Below, piece after piece: positions 30,059-38,761 of a stretch of 64,000 nucleotides of DNA. A program made the position numbers and the translations under genes. The DNA is from Nostoc sp. Its GTDB lineage: Bacteria; Cyanobacteriota; Cyanobacteriia; Cyanobacteriales; Nostocaceae. A model generated the notes under the pieces. That model did not search any database. It was not told where the DNA came from and saw only the letters and a list, made by a program, of their open reading frames with translations. The DNA lies in the NCBI GenBank assembly GCA_036918135.1, contig JBALDB010000028.1, positions 1 through 64,000 of the forward strand, written 5' to 3'. Every line of letters starts with the position of its first letter. The first letter of the stretch is position 1.

Positions 30059-31453
30059 ATGGAAGTTTACTGTACTCGTCCACATTGCCCACGCCCACAA
30101 AACTATTTTGCTGATTTAGATGATATTGCAACCCTGAAAACAACGCAGCAAAAGTATTGTACGAGCTGTGGTATGTCATTGTTACTAGATGGTCGATATG
30201 TAACCATAAAGTTGCTCGGAAGAGGCGGATTTGGAGCAGCATTTTTGGCACGCGATCGCCGGATTCCCGGAATGCGTCAATGCGTAGTAAAACAGTTTCA
30301 ACCATCGGGAAATTTAACCTCGACTCAACTGCAACAAGCACAAAGAATGTTTGAAAGAGAGGCAGAAGTTTTAGCCCAGATAGGTAACGAACACGAGCAA
30401 ATTCCTGACTTATTTGCCTTTTTTCCAGTGATAGTTAACAGCTTGCAACCAGGGCAGCAAGACCAATTTTTTTACTTAGTACAAGAATACATTGATGGGC
30501 AAAACTTAGAAGAAGAACTAGCTCAACAGGGAAAATTTTCTGAACAACAAGTTTTGGAAGTGTTGCAAGAAATCCTGAAAATACTCAAATTTGTCCATCA
30601 AAGAGGCATTATCCATAGAGACATCAAACCTTCTAACATCATGCGTCGTCGTGATGGAAAACTCTTCCTTTTAGATTTTGGTGCAGTCAAGCAAGTAGCA
30701 AACGTTGCATCCGGCGCTGTTTCTTCCACAGGAATTTATTCTCTAGGATTTGCACCACCGGAACAAATGACTGGGGGTCAAGTATTTCCATCTACGGACT
30801 TATACGCCTTGGCTGTAACTGTGATTATCTTGTTGACAGATAAAGAAGCAACTCAACTGTTTGATGCCTATAGCAACCAGTGGAAATGGCAAATGCAAGT
30901 GAATGTTAATCCTCACCTTGCTAACATTTTAGACAATATGCTTCTACCTGCTGCAAATCAACGCTTCCAATCAGCCCAAGAAGTTCTAGATGCACTTAAA
31001 TCACCACCCCTAACGCCTACACAAATTAATCGACCCTCTGTAACACTTCCCCCACAATCATCTAAAAGTTCTAGTCCTCCTGTTCCCCGTACTCCAACTA
31101 AACCAATGTTTTCGACATTGGAATTATTAAGTGGAGCAGCCTTCAGTGGATTTGAGGGTGCATTGATAGCGATCGCCCTCTTCAGTCTGGTAAAATCCCC
31201 AATCATCACTTTAACTGTTGCATCGCTAATTTTGGGAATATTGATATTTGCCCAAACTAGACGATGGATTGAAAAGTTCGATTTATTAATTATTCCGGCA
31301 ATTACTTTTGCTATTATTTTTTTTCTACCCTTTTTACATCGCAGTCTTAATATTCAATCAGTGGTTGTTTTAGCAGTTGCAGCTAGCTTAGTAGCCATTT
31401 CGCTGACCGCGATATTTCGACTTATTTATAAATTACTATCTCTCATACTTTAA
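30059..31453 (+). CDS. Hanks-type Ser/Thr protein kinase with N-terminal Cys4 ribbon and C-terminal TM helices
   Basis: YCTRPHC..YCTSCG; LGRGGFG, VVKQF, IIHRDIKPSN, LLDFG, GFAPPE; hydrophobic C-terminus. Confidence 0.93.
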   Translation: MEVYCTRPHCPRPQNYFADLDDIATLKTTQQKYCTSCGMSLLLDGRYVTIKLLGRGGFGAAFLARDRRIPGMRQCVVKQFQPSGNLTSTQLQQAQRMFEREAEVLAQIGNEHEQIPDLFAFFPVIVNSLQPGQQDQFFYLVQEYIDGQNLEEELAQQGKFSEQQVLEVLQEILKILKFVHQRGIIHRDIKPSNIMRRRDGKLFLLDFGAVKQVANVASGAVSSTGIYSLGFAPPEQMTGGQVFPSTDLYALAVTVIILLTDKEATQLFDAYSNQWKWQMQVNVNPHLANILDNMLLPAANQRFQSAQEVLDALKSPPLTPTQINRPSVTLPPQSSKSSSPPVPRTPTKPMFSTLELLSGAAFSGFEGALIAIALFSLVKSPIITLTVASLILGILIFAQTRRWIEKFDLLIIPAITFAIIFFLPFLHRSLNIQSVVVLAVAASLVAISLTAIFRLIYKLLSLIL

Positions 31454-31556
31454 AATTTTCTACTACCTTGATTATAGAATCATCAAAAGTCTAGAATTAT
31501 AGCTGAATAAAATTGATAAAAATTAATAAATATTTTTATTTTATTAAAATTTATTC

Positions 31557-32957
31557 ATGTCACAAAAAAATGAAACCGTAGTTTTAGTGTTGGCTCTGTT
31601 GCTGACAGTTGGAATAGTCGGGGTTGGTGTTTGGTGGTTTACTAAAAATGGGGTCAATATTAGTAATAGTATCACTGAAAAATCGCCAGAACCAGCGAGC
31701 AATGTACCTTTAAAAGACCGCATTAGTTTTGGCGAAAAAACTTTAATCCTAAGTCAGATTTCTCCGGCAAAAAAAGAAGGAGTACAGGCGATCGCAGCTA
31801 AAAGTTATGAGAAAGCGATCGCCAATTTCACAGCTGCTCTAAAACTCAACCGAAACGATCCAGAAACGTTAATTTTTCTTAACAATGCCCGTATCGGTTC
31901 TTCCAAGAGCTATACCATCGTGGCTTCTGTACCATTCGGCACTGATCCCAATACTTCTTTAGAAATTTTACGTGGGATAGCCCAAGCCCAAAATCAAGTT
32001 AATAGCTCTGGAGGAGTCAAGGGAGTACCGTTGAGGGTAGGGATAGCTAGCGATGACAACAATCCAGAAATAGCCAAGCAAATCGCTTCCAGCCTAGTCA
32101 GCAATTCCGAAGTATTAGGTGTAGTTGGGCCGAATACTAGCGATTCCACCTTAGCCGCAGGTACTATCTATACTTCTGGACAACTTGTAGCTATATCTCC
32201 GACTAGTACATCTGTCAAAATTTCTAACTTTAGCCGTTATGTTTTTCGCACGGTTCCCAGTGATTTTATGGCTGCGAGAACTTTAGCTAACTACATGGTG
32301 AGAACCTTGCAGAAAAAAAATGCAGTGGTTTTCTTTAATTCTCAGAGTAACTATAGCCAGTCTTTAAAGTCAGAGTTTGTCTCATCCGTTTCCTTAGAGG
32401 GTGGACAGGTAGCCAGCGAATTTGACTTATCCAGGGCGGATTTTAGCGCGGCTAAAAGCGTAGAACAAGCAACGAAGCAAGGTGCAGAAGTGTTGATGTT
32501 AGCTGCTAATACTGAAACTTTGGATAAAGCGCTGCAAGTAGTTCAAATTAACCAGAAACGGTTAACTCTGCTGGGGGGAGATGATGTTTACACCGCTAAA
32601 ACTTTGGAAATTGGCAGAGAACAAGCTGTGGGGATGGTATTAGCAGTTGCCTGGCATATTGATAGCGATCCGAAGTCAGATTTTCCCCAGAAATCGCGGC
32701 AGTTATGGGGCGCTGATGTAAGTTGGCGAAGTGCCCTCAGCTATGACGCCACTGTCGCTCTAATTGCAGCATTAGAACGCAATCCCACGCGAGCTGGAGT
32801 CCAACAAGCACTCTTGTCATCTGACTTTTCTGCCACTGGCGCTTCTGGTACAATTCGGTTTTTAGCATCAGGCGATCGCAATGCCCCAGTCCAACTTGTA
32901 AAAATCATTCCTGGTTCTCGCTCTCGTACTGGGTATGATTTTGAGCCAGTGAGATAA
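31557..32957 (+). CDS. Membrane-anchored LivK-type (periplasmic binding protein family 1) protein with TPR
   Basis: MSQKNE+TM; AIANFTAALKLNRNDPETLIFLNNA; EILRGIAQAQ; VAISPTSTS; YVFRTVPSD. Confidence 0.85.
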   Translation: MSQKNETVVLVLALLLTVGIVGVGVWWFTKNGVNISNSITEKSPEPASNVPLKDRISFGEKTLILSQISPAKKEGVQAIAAKSYEKAIANFTAALKLNRNDPETLIFLNNARIGSSKSYTIVASVPFGTDPNTSLEILRGIAQAQNQVNSSGGVKGVPLRVGIASDDNNPEIAKQIASSLVSNSEVLGVVGPNTSDSTLAAGTIYTSGQLVAISPTSTSVKISNFSRYVFRTVPSDFMAARTLANYMVRTLQKKNAVVFFNSQSNYSQSLKSEFVSSVSLEGGQVASEFDLSRADFSAAKSVEQATKQGAEVLMLAANTETLDKALQVVQINQKRLTLLGGDDVYTAKTLEIGREQAVGMVLAVAWHIDSDPKSDFPQKSRQLWGADVSWRSALSYDATVALIAALERNPTRAGVQQALLSSDFSATGASGTIRFLASGDRNAPVQLVKIIPGSRSRTGYDFEPVR

Positions 32958-33122
32958 TCACAAGCTCGTCATTATATTCGGTATTTTTTCTTTTCAATCT
33001 AAAATCTCAAATCTAAAATTCAGTCAGAATTTGCTAAGAAAATACCCGTCCTCCAAATACAATCTCAAGTAGCAAGCACCTATCAAGCACTGAATATTAA
33101 ATGGACGTGGGGAAAATTTGTT

Positions 33123-34169
33123 ATGTCCCAAAAAAATGAAATACCTATTCTTGTTTTATCTATCTTAATTACAGTTGGATTAATAGCTGGTGGTTTTTGG
33201 TGGTTCACCAGAAAATCTGGTGTTAACCTAAATCAAATTAATTCTCCTAGCACCAACACACCCCAACCCGCAACAGGACAGCCCAGTGCCAACACTTTCG
33301 CCTCAGTCCAAGATGTTCCTACTGGATTATTCAATTACGGAGGCAGTACATCTTGGGCACCAATTCGATTAGTAGTTGACCCAGCAATTCAAGTAGCGCG
33401 ATCGGAATTTAGACTGCGTTATGTAGAACCGAGCAATGCATCTCCTGGTTCTGGTACTGGTATTCAGTCGCTAATAGATGGTCAACTAGCTTTTGCCCAG
33501 TCTTCTCGACCAATTTTAGACCAAGAGTTTAACCGCGCCCAGCAGCGTGGGTTTACTTTAAAACAAATTCCTGTGGCAATTGATGGTTTGGCAGTCGCAG
33601 TGAACCCAAATCTCAACATCCCAGGACTGACAATAGACCAGTTAAAGTCAATTTACACTGGCAAAATCAATAATTGGAGCCAAGTGGGCGGTTCCAATAT
33701 CCCAATCAAGCCTTATTCCCGACGGATTATTGATGGCGGTACGGTAGAACTTTTCGCTCAAGACATCTTGGGTGGTCAAGCTTTCAGCTCCAATGTGGAA
33801 TTTATCTCCACAACCACCCAAGCCTTGCAAAAATTGGCTGGTAGTCCTGGTGGTATTTACTATGCTTCTGCCCCAGAGGTGATTCCTCAATGTTCGATTA
33901 AAGCCTTGCCATTGGGGCGCATACAAGGACAGTATATTGCTCCTTACCAAGAACCATTTGTCCTCCCGTCTGAATGTCCTGGTAAACGGAACAAATTGAA
34001 CACTGAGGCTTTCCAATCAGGAAAATACCCGATTACCCGGAATCTGTTTGTGGTGGTCAAACAGAATGGTCAGACTGAGCAGCAAGCAGGTGTCGCTTAC
34101 GCCAACTTACTGCTGACTGAGCAGGGGCAAGAACTGATTACCCAAGCAGGGTTTGTCAAAATTCGCTGA
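33123..34169 (+). CDS. Membrane-anchored PstS-family (PBP2) substrate-binding protein
   Basis: MSQKNE+TM; YGGSTSWAPI, GSGTGI, AQSSRP, VAIDGLAVAVN, YPITRNLFVV. Confidence 0.88.
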   Translation: MSQKNEIPILVLSILITVGLIAGGFWWFTRKSGVNLNQINSPSTNTPQPATGQPSANTFASVQDVPTGLFNYGGSTSWAPIRLVVDPAIQVARSEFRLRYVEPSNASPGSGTGIQSLIDGQLAFAQSSRPILDQEFNRAQQRGFTLKQIPVAIDGLAVAVNPNLNIPGLTIDQLKSIYTGKINNWSQVGGSNIPIKPYSRRIIDGGTVELFAQDILGGQAFSSNVEFISTTTQALQKLAGSPGGIYYASAPEVIPQCSIKALPLGRIQGQYIAPYQEPFVLPSECPGKRNKLNTEAFQSGKYPITRNLFVVVKQNGQTEQQAGVAYANLLLTEQGQELITQAGFVKIR

Positions 34170-34213
34170 CACTGCGATCGCCTGTGGGCGGAGCGTAGTC
34201 CATCGCACTCAGA

Positions 34214-34238
34214 CAGAGTGGCGGAGATCGCCGCTCTG
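34214..34238. terminator. Hairpin between convergent genes
   Basis: CAGAGTGGCG-GAGAT-CGCCGCTCTG. Confidence 0.55.
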
Positions 34239-34247
34239 AACTGTGCT

Positions 34248-34967
34248 TTAGCTGGCTCTATTAATCGACTCTGCTGGTAAGCAAATAAGATTATCGCCTT
34301 GAGTGAGGATTAAACCGCGTTGACGCAGCTTGCCCATTAAGCGGGTGACGGTGACACGAGTCGAACCAATCGCGCTACCAATTTGGGCATGAGTAAGGGG
34401 AAAAGGCAGACAATAACCGCGAATTACATCAGGATCGGTGTCGCTCATTGCCGGCTCACCATATTCCTCAATCAACAATGTGAGAAATCCTAAGAGTCGG
34501 TCAATTGTACGGCGTTGTCCCAAAGCACTCAGCCACAGCAGCTTGCGCTGGTGCTGATATCTAAAGGCATCCATAACTTCGCGGCGGAAGTGAGGCCAGT
34601 TGTCTAGGTCGTGCCAGTACATCCACAGCACCGCAGTTTGATCGACATGGGCGTAAGCCTGGAGTGTGAATGGTGACTGAGCAACAATTTCAAATGGCTG
34701 TCCCGCTCCAACAAAACCCAAAAACGCTTCTTCTGGAGTTCTATTGATTCGTCGAGACGTTAGCTGGCTGGCAGTCGCACTAACCTGAGCGGTTCCTACC
34801 ATACGGATCGCACCCCTTTGCACCAAATATAGCAATCCAGGTCGGGCTGGAATGCGCTCATCTTTGCTGAAGGTGCGGCAGCGGTAGTGTTCCTGAGCCC
34901 AGTCAAGAATCCGTTGCCAAGTTAAAAAAGGCCGTGATGCCTCAGAAAAAGAGGATGGAGATTGCAT
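34248..34967 (-). CDS. devH: Crp/Fnr family heterocyst regulator DevH
   Basis: MQSPSSFSEASRPFLTWQRILDWAQEHYR; HTH LTHAQIGSAIGSTRVTVTRLMG. Confidence 0.88.
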   Translation of the reverse strand: MQSPSSFSEASRPFLTWQRILDWAQEHYRCRTFSKDERIPARPGLLYLVQRGAIRMVGTAQVSATASQLTSRRINRTPEEAFLGFVGAGQPFEIVAQSPFTLQAYAHVDQTAVLWMYWHDLDNWPHFRREVMDAFRYQHQRKLLWLSALGQRRTIDRLLGFLTLLIEEYGEPAMSDTDPDVIRGYCLPFPLTHAQIGSAIGSTRVTVTRLMGKLRQRGLILTQGDNLICLPAESINRAS

Positions 34968-35134
34968 AGGTAACAAAGAGCGTTCGGCTGAAGACAAAGA
35001 CGTGATCGAAAGGTGCAAGGAGTGTCTTTGTGTTGGCGATGCAGGCTTAACGCCTAACAGCGCCAGCCATCAAAGAATAGAAAGCAAAAAATTACTCTCT
35101 ACTCTTTTGTTATACTTCCTACTGTACAATGATG

Positions 35135-35148
35135 GTAGTAAAGTTTAC
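35135..35148. promoter_or_regulatory. Putative NtcA-binding site upstream of devH
   Basis: GTA-GTAAAGTT-TAC (GTA-N8-TAC), with a minus-strand TATAAC about 20 bp downstream. Confidence 0.55.
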
Positions 35149-35279
35149 TCACTGTTCATCGATTATTCATCAAATTTTATCCTACTCTCATTTTTCTTCA
35201 TCTAGATTAAACCTATATCCGGAGATAGGTGACAGCAAATTAACAAATATAGTTTACAAAACTATCTACGTAAATTTCT

Positions 35280-36158
35280 GTGCATAATAATATACAATCA
35301 TTTAAATACGCATCATTAAAACAGCTATTATATGAGTGTATAAGCGAATTTTTAAGTATTAATACTGAAGATATTAAAAATAGATACATAGAAGTAAAAA
35401 GAATTCCTCTATACAAAGATAGAAATAATAACAAAATTTTGTATACCTCAAGTGTGGCCTTGCAAGTGTCAGACTCTCAGAATCAAAAAGCGATGGAGCT
35501 TGCCAGGGCGATCGCCTTTCATCTATCGGCAACCTGTGGCGACGTTTTTAAGGTGCAGATAGTTCCTCCTGGTTGGATACATTTTGAATTGACTGACTTA
35601 GCCTTAGGGACTTGGTTACAAAGTCTGGCAGTTGGAAAGGAGGAGGTAGGGAGTGGGGAGATGGGGAGAGAATTTCACCCCACCCCTGCCACACTCCCAA
35701 TGCCTAATTCATTATTTCCTGTTCAATATGCTCATGCACGTTGCTGTTCGCTAGTGTTGCTGGCTCACCGAGAAGGATTGATTCAACTTAGAGAACCACT
35801 TGCAAATAGCAGTCCAATTTGGAGTGTAATCTCTCCCAAGCCCATACCTTGGCTCAATTGCAATCGAAGATTGCGGCTAAATCACCCAGATGAGCTTCGT
35901 CTAATTAGCGAGTTAGTGGGGATGGTGGACAACATAGAGTGTCCTGATGTTGGGTTTTCTGTGAAATGGGAAAAGGCAGCATTAAATTTGAGCCAAGCTT
36001 TTGAAAACTTTTGGTGTAATTGCCGCATTTGGGGTGAAGTGAAAATCGTCTCGCCAGAGGTAGCCCAAGCTAGGCTGGGATTGCTTATGGCTACTCAGTC
36101 AGTACTAAAATTTGTGCTAGAGGAAAACCTGGGAATTTTTGCGCCATTGGAGTTATAA
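35280..36158 (+). CDS. Stand-alone DALR anticodon-binding domain protein (ArgRS fragment-like)
   Basis: YTSSVALQ..VPPGWIHFEL (ArgRS N-domain-like), VQYAHARCCSL, FENFWCNCRI, AQARLGLL. No HIGH/KMSKS motifs. Confidence 0.82.
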   Translation: MHNNIQSFKYASLKQLLYECISEFLSINTEDIKNRYIEVKRIPLYKDRNNNKILYTSSVALQVSDSQNQKAMELARAIAFHLSATCGDVFKVQIVPPGWIHFELTDLALGTWLQSLAVGKEEVGSGEMGREFHPTPATLPMPNSLFPVQYAHARCCSLVLLAHREGLIQLREPLANSSPIWSVISPKPIPWLNCNRRLRLNHPDELRLISELVGMVDNIECPDVGFSVKWEKAALNLSQAFENFWCNCRIWGEVKIVSPEVAQARLGLLMATQSVLKFVLEENLGIFAPLEL

Positions 36159-36176
36159 AAACTTTCATCACAGCTA

Positions 36177-36205
36177 TTGACTCAATGCATCACCTCGGCT
36201 ACATT
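36177..36205 (+). promoter_or_regulatory. Sigma70-type promoter of Yfr2
   Basis: TTGACT-N17-TACATT immediately upstream of the Yfr2 motif. Confidence 0.7.
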
Positions 36206-36210
36206 AGCTC

Positions 36211-36278
36211 TTGTGTGAGGAGCGAACCAGCAGGGGCACCGAGACGAAACACGGCCAGTCGTCGGTGTCCTTTCTGAT
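36211..36278 (+). ncRNA. yfr2: Yfr2 family cyanobacterial sRNA
   Basis: 5' TTGTGTGAGGAG motif, and a hairpin GGGGCACCGA...TCGGTGTCC whose loop contains GAAACACGG. Confidence 0.8.
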
Positions 36279-36372
36279 TGATATGGATTAGGTTTGAAAA
36301 AGTGCCGTCAAGATAATTCGTAATTTATAATCACGCTCTTACGTCGCTAACGCTACGCTAACGTAATTCGTA

Positions 36373-36522
36373 GTTAAGTAGAAGGACTAAATTAAACCTA
36401 ACTTGAGATTATCGGGTTTTGACTGCGCTCAACCCCCTTCTAGTCAGCCTGCCGAGCATTGAGCGAAATCGAAATGCGTCTTCTAAATAATTATGTCCAC
36501 CTACTTAGTGTCCACCTACTTA
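36373..36522. mobile_element. MITE-like element with TAAGTAG.../...CTACTTA ends
   Basis: TAAGTAGAAGGAC at ~36374; GTCCACCTACTTA at ~36495 and again at ~36510. Confidence 0.5.
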
Positions 36523-36636
36523 GTTAGCCCACAACTGAAGTAGGAGCTTGAAAAAAGGAATTATATTTTTTAATTTCCATTAACGAATTAAGGGGCTATA
36601 ACTTTCGTTACGAATTACAAATTAGTAATTATTTGG

Positions 36637-37509
36637 TCACTTAAGCAAAAACTTTTCGATTGCTACTGCTACTCCGTCTTCCTCTACACTAGGAGCTACC
36701 CACTGAGCGATCGCTTGTACTGCGACTGGTGCGTTTCCCATAGCTATACCAAAACCAACATACTCTAGCATTTCTAAATCGTTGAAGTTATCGCCAATAG
36801 CCATGACGTTGGCTATTTGTAATCCCAGCAATTCTTCGGCTAGGTAGCGTACAGCAGCTCCTTTATTCACAGAAGCATTAGTTGCTTCTAGGAAAGTGGC
36901 AACAGATGTTGTCAGGTAAAGTTCACCAGGTGTGTATTGGCGGCGCAAATTCCCCAATACCTCGCTGATGAAATTTGTGTCATCACACAAAGCGAGAATT
37001 TTTGTCGGTTCATTCGTTAAGACTTGACGCAAATCACCTACAGGAATTGGGGTAATACCAGAACGTTGTGCATAAATTTCGGTTTCTTTGGTTAATTCCC
37101 GGACGTAGAGTTGGTCATTGACGTAGAAGTGGACAGATAAAAGCCGTCGCAATTCGGGTTGTTCAAAATAGTCGAGTAGTTGGTGAGAAAGTTCTCTAGA
37201 AACCACTAAATGACGATGAATTTTTTGGGTTGTGGGGTCTTGAATCCAGGCTCCTTGATAGACCATTAATGGCAAGGTAGAGCCAATTTCTTGGTGAAAG
37301 CGTAAGGCTGAACGATACATGCGACCTGTAGCGATCGCCACTGGAATTCCTTGTGCTTGCACTGCAATCAGCGCTTGCTTAACAGGTTGGCTGATGGTGT
37401 TAGAGCGTCCGGCGATCGTGCCATCTATATCTACAACCAGTAGTTTAATATCTTTAGCAGCAGCCTGATTATCAATTGATTCCAGATGGCTGGTAGATGC
37501 TTTATACAT
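36637..37509 (-). CDS. Cof-type HAD-IIB family hydrolase
   Basis: VVDIDGTI, IATGR, VNKGAAV, MAIGDNFNDLEML..GIAMGNA. Confidence 0.93.
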   Translation of the reverse strand: MYKASTSHLESIDNQAAAKDIKLLVVDIDGTIAGRSNTISQPVKQALIAVQAQGIPVAIATGRMYRSALRFHQEIGSTLPLMVYQGAWIQDPTTQKIHRHLVVSRELSHQLLDYFEQPELRRLLSVHFYVNDQLYVRELTKETEIYAQRSGITPIPVGDLRQVLTNEPTKILALCDDTNFISEVLGNLRRQYTPGELYLTTSVATFLEATNASVNKGAAVRYLAEELLGLQIANVMAIGDNFNDLEMLEYVGFGIAMGNAPVAVQAIAQWVAPSVEEDGVAVAIEKFLLK

Positions 37510-37802
37510 AAATTCCTTAGATTTAAAGTTCCAGTAAGAGGTTATACCATTTTGGATTTGAGATTTTGCGAAAAGTCACGACTCGCTGGCTTTTGCCAAT
37601 CTGTTAGCGCAGCTCTCTTCGACGCAGCGAAAAGTCACGGTTCGCCGACTTAGACCGTAGGCCTATCGACTACTTTCACAACTCAAATAGGATTACTATA
37701 GTCGCAATAAAAAAACCCGATTCTCGAAAAAATCGGGGATTTACATTTAAGTTAGATAACTTGATTGATAGATTGAATGGAAACTACCTATTCAACTAAA
37801 GT

Positions 37803-38510
37803 CTATGAATTTAACACCTTGATTGAGCTTTTTTTACGTTGTGACAACAGACAAAGCCCAGCAACTAAACCAATTCCAAGGGTAGTTGACGCTTCAGGTA
37901 CAGACTTCAACTCTTCGTAGTTATAAGTTACTTTAATACTTGCTTTTGCGTATGTATCAATATAGGATCTCATATTACCCGATCCTGTAACTAGGGAGTC
38001 GGCTATAGCTGAGAACAAAAAGTTTACGTTGCCATTACCAATGAAAGACTGCAAGAATTGCGTATCAGTGAAAGACTGGATACCAGACTGTGTAGCAGTT
38101 AAGTCTGATACAGTCTTTCCAGATTTGCCACTATAATCAGTGACACCATCATATTTAGCAACTTGGTAACTGGAAGTATATTGTGGATTCAGTGCCAACA
38201 AAGATTGATTATTTAATTGTAAGCTCAATTGACTGCCAAGATTTACCGTGGCTTGACTTGGGGTTGGACTTCTATTTTCAAAACCTGCATTGCCAAGGAT
38301 GTCACCAGTAAATTCTATGGTTACACCTTGGAGTGTGCCCAGAGATGAGTTAAATTTTTGGACACTCAATGGTGCATCAATGATATCTGTAAACTGGTAA
38401 TTACTAGAATTAGTGTACGAGAGAGAAGCTGCATTAGCTATTCCAGAAGTTGCAACAATTCCTGCCACAGTTGTAACAGCACCTAGAATGTTCAAGAGTT
38501 TTGTTGTCAT
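37803..38510 (-). CDS. PEP-CTERM exported protein (choice-of-anchor E-like)
   Basis: Signal peptide ending ANA; FNSSLGTLQGVTI; C-terminal VTYNY..VPEASTTLGIGLVAGLCLLSQRKK. Confidence 0.82.
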   Translation of the reverse strand: MTTKLLNILGAVTTVAGIVATSGIANAASLSYTNSSNYQFTDIIDAPLSVQKFNSSLGTLQGVTIEFTGDILGNAGFENRSPTPSQATVNLGSQLSLQLNNQSLLALNPQYTSSYQVAKYDGVTDYSGKSGKTVSDLTATQSGIQSFTDTQFLQSFIGNGNVNFLFSAIADSLVTGSGNMRSYIDTYAKASIKVTYNYEELKSVPEASTTLGIGLVAGLCLLSQRKKSSIKVLNS

Positions 38511-38761
38511 GATGGAAGATGCTTTTATAAGCCGAATTAGCACGGGATTACTAAATTATTTTTAACTCGGAAATTTTGCTTATAGGCTTGATAAATACAC
38601 CGAACTTTATATAAAGTTTTTATGTTTAATTTGCTTTAGCAAACAAACATTTTTAGCAGTTATATGAAGTTTTGTTAAGAAAGCCATCTCAGCAGACAGG
38701 AATTTCCAGAAACCAACTGATGCAAGATGTAAATAACGAAGCTTCTGGCTAAAATAAGGCT

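Noticed and set aside
31557..34169. Complete ABC transport operon (liv or pst)
   Set aside because: No permease or ATPase genes are adjacent.
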